From: a virus | Lineage: Duplodnaviria > Caudoviricetes | Length of the DNA stretch: 36,755 nucleotides | Direction: 5' to 3' (one strand) | Virus record (IMG/VR): IMGVR_UViG_3300045961_000143 | Span: 1 to 36,755 of that record | Part shown: piece after piece, positions 1-8,371 of the stretch | Layout: each line of letters opens with the position of its first letter | How positions within the stretch are numbered: position 1 is the stretch's first letter | Position numbers and translations under genes: made by a program | The notes under the pieces: generated by a model | What the model saw: only the letters and a program-made list of their open reading frames with translations | Database searches by the model: none | Told to the model about the DNA's origin: nothing

Positions 1-232
1 CAGGGCTGCGCCGACGCCTGCGCCAGCAGTTGCCGCGCCGATGTATGGAGCTGCACCGCGTGCGACCTTGGCGGTGGCCTGTGGCAATAAACGAGCGCCA
101 GTGCGCACGCCCTGGGTGACGGCCTGCAGGGCGCGATAGCCTGGCACGGCTGTGAGCGCCACATCGCCCACAAACTTGCCAGCCTGCCCAGCGCCGGTAT
201 TCATCAGCGGCTTGTCCAGTCGCTCGTCTTCA
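1..232. repeat. Terminal direct repeat, copy 1 (circular-assembly overlap)
   Basis: 1-232 matches 36524-36755 except A128 vs T36651. An ORF reads in frame across the junction. Confidence 0.97.
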
Positions 233-522
233 GCCGCCTTTTCGGAGGTGTAGTCACCGATGCCGACCATGTTGGCCAGGCGCATGCCCGAGCGGCCCAG
301 GTCGGCAAACGTCTTGCCCATACCGGCCAAGAACTTTTCGCCCGTGCTCATGCCCTCGGTCGGGTCCATGCGCTGGGTGTCGTACTCGATCCGGTTGTAG
401 AACCGCGACGCGGGGATGTCGCTGTAGAACTTTTTGCGAAAACCAATCAGGAACTGGTCGTCGCTCAAATCCCCGTACATCGGGTACTGCTCGCGCAGTG
501 AGGACAGTTTGACTTTTTCCAT
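1..522 (-). CDS. 5' part of an origin-spanning DNA ejection/internal virion protein (617 aa in total, continues to 35192)
   Basis: ATG at 522 overlaps the upstream TGA (TGATG). It reads MEKVKLSSLREQYPMYGDLSDDQ... with no stop and is in frame with the 35192-36727 ORF through the repeat. Confidence 0.85.
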   Translation of the reverse strand, partial: MEKVKLSSLREQYPMYGDLSDDQFLIGFRKKFYSDIPASRFYNRIEYDTQRMDPTEGMSTGEKFLAGMGKTFADLGRSGMRLANMVGIGDYTSEKAAEDERLDKPLMNTGAGQAGKFVGDVALTAVPGYRALQAVTQGVRTGARLLPQATAKVARGAAPYIGAATAGAGVGAAL

Positions 523-1703
523 CACTTCCCCCGAATGCCGAACGGGTCGTTGTTGTCAGCTGCTGGAGATCCACCGGCGGCGTTCTGCGGCAAGGCGCGA
601 CCGGCACGAGCTTGAAGCGAACTCATGTAGACCTTGTAGGCATCAGTTTTTTGTTTAACGGTGCCAGGCTTGTCACCCAACTGAGGAACAAGCTCGGCAA
701 CCTTTTGCCGGGCTTCCGACTCGTTCATGCCAGCACCTGTCGCTGCACGCAGCAAAGCCTCGGCCATAGAGCTTCCGGCCTGGACAAACATCTGCCTGTC
801 CTCTGGCCGCAAGAAGTTGGCGATGTCCTCTCCAAAGATTGGAGTCACACCAGCCACGCGCTCCACCACGGTGGGGTAGGCCGCGCCGGGATTGCGCTTG
901 ACTACCTTTTCCATGTTGCGGCGAGCGTTGTCGGCCTGGAAGAACCAGCCAGCTGCCTTGCGCTCGTCCTCGCTTGGTGTTCCTGAAGACTTGGTGACCG
1001 GGTCAGCCGGGCCGCCAGGAATAAACGTCAGCGCGGGCTGGCCGTCAGGCGTGGTCGACCACTGGTAACCAGCCGGGGCACGCTGAGGGGCGTTTCTATT
1101 GTTCGCAGCGTTTACAGCGTTCATGCGGCCTGTCTGCGCCATGAACGTGCGCAACTCATTCATGAAAACGTCCTGCTGCGCCCGGTATTTCAGCTGCTCC
1201 TCCCGCGTCTCTGCCGTCTGGGCCAACGTTTCGTAGGCCTTGGCCTGCTGCAACAAAAACTCAGCCTTCTTGCTGTTCGCAGCCTCGGGATCTTTGAGGA
1301 ACTCGCCCTCGGCGGTGATGATGCCGCCGCCCATCTTCATGGGGTCTCGAGCCGCCGCAGCCTTCTTCAAATACTGCTGCTGCACCGGCGCAAAGCCCTC
1401 GCCTGCGTACTGGGCGGCCAACGCGTTCAGCATGGCCCCTTCGCCCTGCTCGCTGCGCTGCCGGGCAAAGTTCTGGAACTGCGAGTAGTCGGGCTCTGTG
1501 TCGTACAGATCGCTGCCCTGCTTGTACAGGTCGGCAGCCTTGCTGCGATACGAGTCAATCGCGCTGGGAAGCATGCTGCCCTGACCGGGCCGCACGTTGT
1601 TGGACAAAACGCCCCCAGGCGATTGGATCTTCGCCCGCGTCTTTTTGAGAAGGCCAACCTGCGGTTGCTCCTCCTCGTTGTTGAACAAGGTGTAATCGAC
1701 CAT
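522..1703 (-). CDS. Putative DNA ejection/internal virion protein (393 aa)
   Basis: Ala/Gln-rich ORF with a PAGYQW...IPGGPADP motif, in the ejection-protein position between tail hub and tail fibre. Confidence 0.7.
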   Translation of the reverse strand: MVDYTLFNNEEEQPQVGLLKKTRAKIQSPGGVLSNNVRPGQGSMLPSAIDSYRSKAADLYKQGSDLYDTEPDYSQFQNFARQRSEQGEGAMLNALAAQYAGEGFAPVQQQYLKKAAAARDPMKMGGGIITAEGEFLKDPEAANSKKAEFLLQQAKAYETLAQTAETREEQLKYRAQQDVFMNELRTFMAQTGRMNAVNAANNRNAPQRAPAGYQWSTTPDGQPALTFIPGGPADPVTKSSGTPSEDERKAAGWFFQADNARRNMEKVVKRNPGAAYPTVVERVAGVTPIFGEDIANFLRPEDRQMFVQAGSSMAEALLRAATGAGMNESEARQKVAELVPQLGDKPGTVKQKTDAYKVYMSSLQARAGRALPQNAAGGSPAADNNDPFGIRGK

Positions 1704-1705
1704 GA

Positions 1706-2095
1706 TCAGGCCTCATTGCCATATGTCGGCAGGTTGCCGTAGGGGTCACCCATGCCACCGGACGGCATAGCGCCACCCATGCCGCCGCCCATGCCACCAC
1801 GGCGACGCTTGCGCAGCTCCTCAAGGGCCATGCGCTGCTTTGTGTTGAACTCACCCATCTTGGCGTCCACACCCTTTTGGCCTTGCGCCGCCATGTAGCC
1901 CTGGCCCAGCTGTGCTATGGCCTGGCCAATGCCGGGCGCGACGTAGTGCTTGCCGACCATCTGGCCTTCCATGGGAGACAGCGAGTTGCCGCGCAGGGCG
2001 TCAACCATGGCCTGCTTTTTCTTCAGCTCGGCTTCTTCAGGGCGCATCGCGCCCATCTGAATCAAATACTCAAACATCATGTCGTCGTTCATCAC
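1706..2095 (-). CDS. Putative small ejection/virion protein (129 aa, Gly/Met-rich C-terminus)
   Basis: Tightly packed in the late operon with an ATGA overlap with the upstream gene. Confidence 0.65.
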   Translation of the reverse strand: MMNDDMMFEYLIQMGAMRPEEAELKKKQAMVDALRGNSLSPMEGQMVGKHYVAPGIGQAIAQLGQGYMAAQGQKGVDAKMGEFNTKQRMALEELRKRRRGGMGGGMGGAMPSGGMGDPYGNLPTYGNEA

Positions 2096-3384
2096 AGACC
2101 TCCGTAGTTCACTGTCAAGTAGCCGCTGGCGTGACGCTTGACCAGGTCAGGTCGCACCGCTTGCACCTCTTGGGCAATCACACCGCGTTGTGACATTCCC
2201 ATCATTGTGTAGTCGTAAATGCCCACGCCAATCGCGTGCGTGCCGACTCGCTTGATGTTGGACTTCAAGCGGCGATCAGAGAACATGAACGCGGCCGAGC
2301 CCAGCTGTGCACCAGCGCCCAGCAAGTTGCCAAACGCGGCCTGGTCGGCGTTGTAAGCACCCAGCTGCGCGTCATAGCCTGCTTGCATCGCACCCATGAT
2401 GTTGGGTGCCTGAGCTTGGCCCGACGCGTTGAAAGACGGCATCTGGGGCATCTGCACTTGCTGACCGGACAGCAGCGCGTTCATCTCGTTCAGAGACATG
2501 CCGCGACGCTGCATCTGCTCGGCAATCGCTTGCTGGCGCAGCTGGTTCTGCTGGTTGGCGTACTGCTGGTTCAGGCCGTACTGCTGCGCCATGGCCTGGT
2601 TGCCAGCCTGCATGTTGGCCAGATCCAGCGCAGAGGCTTGGCCCAGCGCCTGGTTCTGGAACTGAGCCGCGCCCAGGTTCTGCTGGTAGCCCTGCTGGGC
2701 TGTGCCCATCTGCATGTTGTACAGGCGCTGAGCCTCGTTGCCCGACTGATCCAGCGCATTGAAGCGCTCCATCGACTGGCGCTGGTTCAGCTCGTTCAGT
2801 GCGCGGTTGTAGGCCTCGGAGCCCTGCGTGAAGCCCTGGTTGGCCAGCTTGGTCTCCAGCTGCCCCTGCTGATAGTCGTGCGTCGGGCGCATGCGGTCCA
2901 TCAGCTGGTTGGCCACCGTGTCGCGGAAAGAAGAATCAACTTGCGGCAGTGGGTTGCCAAAGTTGAACGACGTGGCCAAGCCTGGCGTGTAGTCAGTCGT
3001 GCCGGTTTGCAAATTCCCAACCTGGTTGGCAGATGTCAACGAGGGCAGCGACGAGTAATCCATGGGCTGCGAGTAATCGCTGGCCACGCGGTTCATAAAG
3101 CTGGCGGCCAGGTCGCTGCGGCCAGCTTGGATGCCCATCTGATCATCGAGCGCCTGCTGCAGGCCTGGGGCCAGTGAGTTGTTCTGCGTCCAGGACGTGA
3201 CGATCTGACCGGTCGCAGGATCTTTGACCGACTGGGTGCCCCATGTCTGGGAGCCAAACGGTGTGTTGATCGTCGGCCGGTTGGCGTAGTTCTGCGTGTT
3301 CAGGTTCTCTTTGCTGATCTCGCCCTGAAGTTGCGTTGCGCCCATGTAGTCCGGCGCGGCCGGTGCGCTTCCTTTTCCACCCAT
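2092..3384 (-). CDS. Gln-rich pilot/ejection protein with C-terminal peptidase S74-like (autocleaving chaperone) domain
   Basis: N-terminal MGGKGSAPAAPDY and Gln-rich body. C-terminal FSDRRLKSNI...GVIAQEV...YLTVNY matches the S74 chaperone motif. Confidence 0.8.
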   Translation of the reverse strand: MGGKGSAPAAPDYMGATQLQGEISKENLNTQNYANRPTINTPFGSQTWGTQSVKDPATGQIVTSWTQNNSLAPGLQQALDDQMGIQAGRSDLAASFMNRVASDYSQPMDYSSLPSLTSANQVGNLQTGTTDYTPGLATSFNFGNPLPQVDSSFRDTVANQLMDRMRPTHDYQQGQLETKLANQGFTQGSEAYNRALNELNQRQSMERFNALDQSGNEAQRLYNMQMGTAQQGYQQNLGAAQFQNQALGQASALDLANMQAGNQAMAQQYGLNQQYANQQNQLRQQAIAEQMQRRGMSLNEMNALLSGQQVQMPQMPSFNASGQAQAPNIMGAMQAGYDAQLGAYNADQAAFGNLLGAGAQLGSAAFMFSDRRLKSNIKRVGTHAIGVGIYDYTMMGMSQRGVIAQEVQAVRPDLVKRHASGYLTVNYGGL

Positions 3385-3385
3385 G

Positions 3386-3790
3386 TCATTTCTCCTTGAT
3401 CCAGCGGCAGTCCTCTGCCTTCATTTCAAACATCACGCAGTCGACCGTTTCGGTCAGCCGCTTAAACCCGAGCCTGTCATTAAGGTTCAGAGCTTCCTCT
3501 TTGTCTTTCGGAGTCAGCCCATACACCGCATCCATGCCGCAATTCTTGAACGGATACTCAAACGCGGCACGAATGATCTTGCGGTTGAGTGCGTGAGGAT
3601 TGTCGAAAGCGACGTGCATCCAGCAGCTGCCAAACGTCCATGCGTTGAAGCCAACCGCCCCAGCGATTGTCCCATCTTCACGCATCAAACCAATCGTGCG
3701 CAGGTCCGATGACCACGGCAAACTGACGCGCCGGTTCAGCCACTCCCAGATCACAGGGTGCTCGCCGGGTTTGTCAGTCACCAATTTCAT
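3386..3790 (-). CDS. GNAT-family acetyltransferase of podovirus tail operons (134 aa)
   Basis: AAFEYPF and ALNLNDRLGFK GNAT-like motifs. Start MKLVTDK at 3790 overlaps the upstream stop. Confidence 0.8.
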   Translation of the reverse strand: MKLVTDKPGEHPVIWEWLNRRVSLPWSSDLRTIGLMREDGTIAGAVGFNAWTFGSCWMHVAFDNPHALNRKIIRAAFEYPFKNCGMDAVYGLTPKDKEEALNLNDRLGFKRLTETVDCVMFEMKAEDCRWIKEK

Positions 3791-5082
3791 GCGCCGCCGC
3801 CTTGCTGAGCAAACCAATCAATGGAGGGGTCCACAACCGGCGCGGGGGGCGGAAGGCCACTCGACTTACCGCCAGCCAACCACTCCTCAAAACTGGTGAT
3901 TGGCGTTTTGGCGTTCAGCGAGTTTGTCCTGTAGGTGCTGTAGTTGTTCCAGTTGGCAACGTCATCAGCAGATGCAACGTCTTGATTCAAGACGCCAGGG
4001 TTGAACGCGCCTCCAGCATTAAGTGAAACCCCACCACCCCCAGAAGTTGGGGGCGGTGTGTAACCGTATCTTGTGAAGCCGGGGTTTTGGCTCATGAAGC
4101 CGTTGTCAGCTTCGCGCAAGGATCTGATCAGGTCGCTCTGATAATTTGCGTTTCCTGCTCCGAGCCTTTCGCTAGAATTTCCACTGAACGCGGTGGGCAA
4201 GTAATTCAAACCACTTCCACCGCCGCCGGAATTGCCGCCCGTGTTAATCCCTGTGCTCGTACCAATACCCGTGCCTGCGCCGCCGCCTGCAATGGGGCTT
4301 TCTGCCTTAGGCAAAAATCCCTCATACGGAATGCCTTTTTCTCTCAAAAAGTCGTCGGTCCAATCAACACCGTTGTTGATCATGGCTTGACGACCGGCTT
4401 CAGTAAGAGGCGTTCCGGTCTTCCCCAACACCGTCAAATTCCCGACCCCACTGTTGGCAATTTCATTGGCAAGAGAATCTAAAAAGCCAGGGTCAAAATC
4501 ATCAAGCGAGTAGGTGCCGTTGTTTGAGTCGTAAACACTCTGAACTGCGTCATAGCCGCCGTATCTGTCGAACTCAGACGTAGGCACGCCAGTGGTCATC
4601 GACCGCTGCATCAAATCTCGTGCGATCTCGGGCGTCAAACCGCCGGTTGTATTTGTTTGCGTAACAGAGGTGGGCGATGCACTTGCCCCTGCTGTCGATC
4701 GAGCAGTAGAGGTTGGGACATTCCATGTGTAATCTGGCTTGCCCATCTGTTCAAAATAATCCTCGACCGCACTTACCTCTGTAGGAGTTGGCGTGTAGTT
4801 AGCGCCAACGCGTTCATTCATTTGCCCGTAGGTGTAATAAGCCTGAGCGGGGTCGTAGCCTTTTGTTTGGACATATGCGGTGTTGGCTTCCCGATAAGCA
4901 GGATCGGAGTACATATCCGCAAGGGCAGTCTGAGCAGACTGCAGCGCATTGTCTGACGACATGATGGCACCCCAATCTCGGGTGTCCATGTTTGCGCCGA
5001 CATCCCCATAAATGACTTTTGACGCGGTTAGGAAATCTGCGCCCGTCGCATCCATGAACTCTTTGATGTTTGGCTTGGCCAT
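3787..5082 (-). CDS. Hypothetical acidic, Gly/Ser/Thr-rich protein (431 aa), lower GC
   Basis: Long ORF with AAGGAA RBS, coupled to both neighbours. Codon usage is visibly more AT-rich than the core genes. Confidence 0.8.
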   Translation of the reverse strand: MAKPNIKEFMDATGADFLTASKVIYGDVGANMDTRDWGAIMSSDNALQSAQTALADMYSDPAYREANTAYVQTKGYDPAQAYYTYGQMNERVGANYTPTPTEVSAVEDYFEQMGKPDYTWNVPTSTARSTAGASASPTSVTQTNTTGGLTPEIARDLMQRSMTTGVPTSEFDRYGGYDAVQSVYDSNNGTYSLDDFDPGFLDSLANEIANSGVGNLTVLGKTGTPLTEAGRQAMINNGVDWTDDFLREKGIPYEGFLPKAESPIAGGGAGTGIGTSTGINTGGNSGGGGSGLNYLPTAFSGNSSERLGAGNANYQSDLIRSLREADNGFMSQNPGFTRYGYTPPPTSGGGGVSLNAGGAFNPGVLNQDVASADDVANWNNYSTYRTNSLNAKTPITSFEEWLAGGKSSGLPPPAPVVDPSIDWFAQQGGGA

Positions 5083-5092
5083 CTTTGTTTCC

Positions 5093-6691
5093 TTACATAA
5101 CGCCGCCAGGCTCAGTCATGATGTGAGCCGACGTGAAGACAGTGGCAGGGAGTCCGCGCACTTTCATGCGCAGCGAGCCGTAGTAGCCCAGGCCCGTGGT
5201 GCCGTACCACGACTGGTATGTGTTCTGACCAACCCAAGACGCCGCGTTCCATGAACTCACGTCCCAGATGCCGTTGTCGCCGCCGTTGAAGAACGGCGAG
5301 CCGCCCACAGGGCTCAGCAGAAACTGCGTGTTGATCTGCAGCTTCACAGCTGGCGCGGCCGTCGCAATAAACACTGGCCGCACCATGCCAAACTTCTTAA
5401 GCTGGGCAGGCGTTCCAAAGTTTTGGAACGACGTTTGCATGTCGCCTTCAACGTAGCTGCCACCAGCGCCAAGAATGTCAGCGCCATCGCGCTCCCCGTA
5501 CAAGCCACGACACGTCGCACCGTCTTCGGTTCCAAAGAACAGCTCGCCGCCAATCACAGCCACGCTGCGCATCGGGATGCCAACGAACTGGCACCAGGCC
5601 CCTGTGGTCACGTTCATGGCGAACTGGCGGTAAGTGCCACCGTCTGCAGGCAGCTTGATCACCAGCACCTCGGACGAGGGCACGACGAACACGTCAAAGT
5701 ATTTGTCGTTGATCAGCCTGCGCACCAGAGGCGCAAACACCGACTGGATCTTGGACGCAGGGCCGATCTGCTGGTCTTGGCTGTACTGGCCAGTGATCAG
5801 CCTGGACATGGGCACCAGGCCCAGCTCGGACACGATCATCACGTCACCGCCAAACGGGGTGAAGTACACGCCATGGCGCGGCACAGGGCCGACGTACCAG
5901 ACGCCCTTGATCTGGAACGTGGTGGCGCTGGTTGGGTCTGTGCCCTCCCACACCGCCACGTCGCCCTCGGTGCCAACGGCCACCAGGTAGTCGTCGATCG
6001 ACAGCCCGGCGTCCATGGTCCAGTTGATCAACGCGGAGACGTAGCCTCCATTGCGCAGGATCGAGCCCATCGGGAACGATGTGGCCGTGCCGGTGACAGC
6101 GTCCACCCCGCCCATGTAGTACACGTTGGAGTCTTCCAAGCATGTGAACCACACCCGGCGCTTCCACACGGCCACGGTGCGCACGTTCGACGGCAGGCCG
6201 GTGACGGTGCGTTGCAGCCAGCCGCTGGTGGTGCTGTAGGTCCAGTACCCAGCGCCAGGCGACACAGCAAGCAAAAACGTGTCTGCGGCCGTCGAAAACT
6301 GAGTGACCCACCAGGAGTCGTCGGTGCTGCCCGTGCCGGTCACAGCGAGCACAGGAACGCCGCCAGAGGTCACGTCGTAGATGTTGCCGTTGACTGCGAT
6401 GAAGATCTTGTCGTCAGCACTGTCTGGGGCTTTGTAGCTGAACACCGACTCGACAGCCTCACCCGTCTCGGTCGCTGCTTCGGCATAGATCTGCCAGCCC
6501 TTGCGCAGCTCGCAGCCTTGCTGGCGCGGGATCAGGTTGGTCATCACCAGCGCGTCCTGGGGCGTCATGGCAGCAATCGGATCGCGGAAGTTCAGGCCGC
6601 CCGTAGGAGCGGGCAGCACGGCCATCTGCGCAGTTTGTGAGGCAGCTGCCCTTCTAGGTGTTTTGAAGGGTTTGAGAGGCACCAAGGGCAT
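5093..6691 (-). CDS. Tail hub/packaged-DNA stabilisation protein (P22 gp10-like/tail tubular B-like, 532 aa)
   Basis: LPAPTGGLN.RD start and a beta-rich, Trp-containing sequence. Follows the adaptor gene; start MPLVPLK at 6691. Confidence 0.75.
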   Translation of the reverse strand: MPLVPLKPFKTPRRAAASQTAQMAVLPAPTGGLNFRDPIAAMTPQDALVMTNLIPRQQGCELRKGWQIYAEAATETGEAVESVFSYKAPDSADDKIFIAVNGNIYDVTSGGVPVLAVTGTGSTDDSWWVTQFSTAADTFLLAVSPGAGYWTYSTTSGWLQRTVTGLPSNVRTVAVWKRRVWFTCLEDSNVYYMGGVDAVTGTATSFPMGSILRNGGYVSALINWTMDAGLSIDDYLVAVGTEGDVAVWEGTDPTSATTFQIKGVWYVGPVPRHGVYFTPFGGDVMIVSELGLVPMSRLITGQYSQDQQIGPASKIQSVFAPLVRRLINDKYFDVFVVPSSEVLVIKLPADGGTYRQFAMNVTTGAWCQFVGIPMRSVAVIGGELFFGTEDGATCRGLYGERDGADILGAGGSYVEGDMQTSFQNFGTPAQLKKFGMVRPVFIATAAPAVKLQINTQFLLSPVGGSPFFNGGDNGIWDVSSWNAASWVGQNTYQSWYGTTGLGYYGSLRMKVRGLPATVFTSAHIMTEPGGVM

Positions 6692-6693
6692 GA

Positions 6694-7443
6694 TCAGCCT
6701 CCATATCCAGTGTCTGGTGTGTTCACCAGGGGTTGGATGTATGGAAACCGGAAGTCCTTGGTCATGGACAGCACAGGCGCACCCTTGGCCGCGCCCTTGC
6801 GGTTCTCGTAGGCGATCTGGAAGTCGCGCATCGCTGCGCTGGAGTCCAGGCCCTTCATCTCCAGCCACTTCACACGCGTGAACAGCGTGATCAGCGTGGC
6901 GTCGAGCAAAGCCACATCGCCGTTCTTGGTGATGCGGTTCTTGTACAACGTTGGGTCATCCTGATCGCGCACCCAGGCCTGCGACAGGTAAAACACGTTC
7001 ATCACCTGCGGGCTGTTGGGGGGCGCGAGCACATAGATCATGTTGTCGCGCACCTGCCAGTAGAACGACAGCGTGGGCAGCGTGGTGCGGATCAGCAGCT
7101 GCTGCCACATCTGTGGCGACACCGGACCAAGCGACGGGAACTGCGTTGTCGCGTTCCAGTTGGTCTGGTCGATCCAATCAAAGAAGTCCTCGGGCAGAGG
7201 AAAGCCTTTTTCCTTCTGGCCGTTGGAGTCAGCTGTGATCGGGATCTGGTAATTCTTGACCAGCTCCTGCCAGTCGTACATCGTCAGCAGTTCGATCCCG
7301 GCCATGTTGGCGGCCTGGACGAACTGCTGCACGGCCGGGTCTTCCGATCCGGCTGGATCATTGGGGACAGGGAAGGCCACCATCGAGGCCACGTTCTGCA
7401 CGATGGCAGACAGGGTCGATTCGTTGACGATTTGAAAGGCCAT
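6694..7443 (-). CDS. Head-tail adaptor/tail tubular protein A-like (249 aa)
   Basis: FPLPEDF...DQTNWN...LGPVSPQMWQ motif and position after the capsid module. Confidence 0.7.
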   Translation of the reverse strand: MAFQIVNESTLSAIVQNVASMVAFPVPNDPAGSEDPAVQQFVQAANMAGIELLTMYDWQELVKNYQIPITADSNGQKEKGFPLPEDFFDWIDQTNWNATTQFPSLGPVSPQMWQQLLIRTTLPTLSFYWQVRDNMIYVLAPPNSPQVMNVFYLSQAWVRDQDDPTLYKNRITKNGDVALLDATLITLFTRVKWLEMKGLDSSAAMRDFQIAYENRKGAAKGAPVLSMTKDFRFPYIQPLVNTPDTGYGG

Positions 7444-7457
7444 TCCCTGCTCTCCTG

Positions 7458-8075
7458 TTACTCGGTCACTTCAGCGACCTGGGGCGCGACGCTGCGCTTG
7501 GCTGGCTTGGCATTGGCCTGCAGTGCCTCCACCATCGTGCGCAGATTCTCGATCTCCATGTCTCGCTTTTGCAGCTCGGCGTTCATCTTCTCGATCGGGG
7601 CGTTGTTGGCCGCGACCTGCAAGAAGGCTTGAGCGCGTTGCTTATCGGCGTTGAACGACATGAACTTGGCACCCAGGTTGTCGTTGGCGTCGGCCAGCTG
7701 CTCTACCGTCACGATCTTGAAGAACTTGTATTCCTCGACCTTGGACGGCGACATGGTTGGCAAAGACGACAGCGGCGTGCCTGTTACAGCCTCGGCCTGG
7801 CCAGCCTTCCACTTGGCGTAGCGGTCGGCAAAGCGGTAGGCGTCCTGCTCACTGACTGGCCGCTCCACCACCGACGACTTGTCGCCGGGCACATGGATGC
7901 GCACGTAGTCGACTTCCTCGTAAATGGCGCGGCCTTCTTCCCGGCTTTTGCCAGGATGAAGGCGCGGCTTACGAGAGAACTCGACGTAGAGCTTTGCGTC
8001 GCCTGCAAAGCGACTCTCGTCGGGCTTTGCAAACTCGCTTGGTTCTTCAAAAATGGTTGGTGTCGTGGGTTGCAT
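7458..8075 (-). CDS. Conserved hypothetical head-completion-region protein (205 aa)
   Basis: GC3-rich ORF with GTPL..LP...IVTVEQLA motif and a C-terminal coiled coil. Confidence 0.8.
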   Translation of the reverse strand: MQPTTPTIFEEPSEFAKPDESRFAGDAKLYVEFSRKPRLHPGKSREEGRAIYEEVDYVRIHVPGDKSSVVERPVSEQDAYRFADRYAKWKAGQAEAVTGTPLSSLPTMSPSKVEEYKFFKIVTVEQLADANDNLGAKFMSFNADKQRAQAFLQVAANNAPIEKMNAELQKRDMEIENLRTMVEALQANAKPAKRSVAPQVAEVTE

Positions 8076-8092
8076 TTTTTTGCCTTTTTTAT

Positions 8093-8284
8093 TTACTCAG
8101 GGACGTTGGTCTCGAACACAAGGTCCGTACCAGGGGAGCCACCGATGCGGGAACCGCCGATGGATACTGTGTCAGCGCCGATGAGGCCAATGCCCTCACA
8201 CACTGCGCCGGTGCCTTGGGATGCGTTCGTGTCGACGACCGCTGGTGCTGCTGCAGAGACTGCTGCGCCGTAAGTTGCTGCCAT
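8093..8284 (-). CDS. Small virion/decoration-like protein (63 aa)
   Basis: AGGAG RBS before ATG 8284, Ala/Gly-rich, directly after the capsid gene. Confidence 0.65.
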   Translation of the reverse strand: MAATYGAAVSAAAPAVVDTNASQGTGAVCEGIGLIGADTVSIGGSRIGGSPGTDLVFETNVPE

Positions 8285-8300
8285 GATGTTTCTCCTGTTC

Positions 8301-8357
8301 AAAAAACCCGAGGGGTTGTGGGTCTCCCCAGTCCCTCGGGAAAGGGAGACCCACGAC
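8301..8357 (-). terminator. Intrinsic terminator with competing antiterminator stem after the capsid gene
   Basis: Minus strand CCCGAGGG-AC-TGGG-GAGA-CCCA-CAAC-CCCTCGGG-TTTTTT. The upstream GTGGGTCTCCC can pair with GGGAGACCCAC instead. Confidence 0.7.
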
Positions 8358-8371
8358 GGCCCACCAAAAAA

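Noticed and set aside
1-232. Terminal repeat as a biological T7-like direct terminal repeat
   Set aside because: It lies in the middle of a gene and far from terS, so a circular-assembly overlap is the better explanation.
8301-8357. H-type pseudoknot after the capsid stop
   Set aside because: A 3-nt loop would have to span an 11-bp stem. Alternative hairpins are more plausible.
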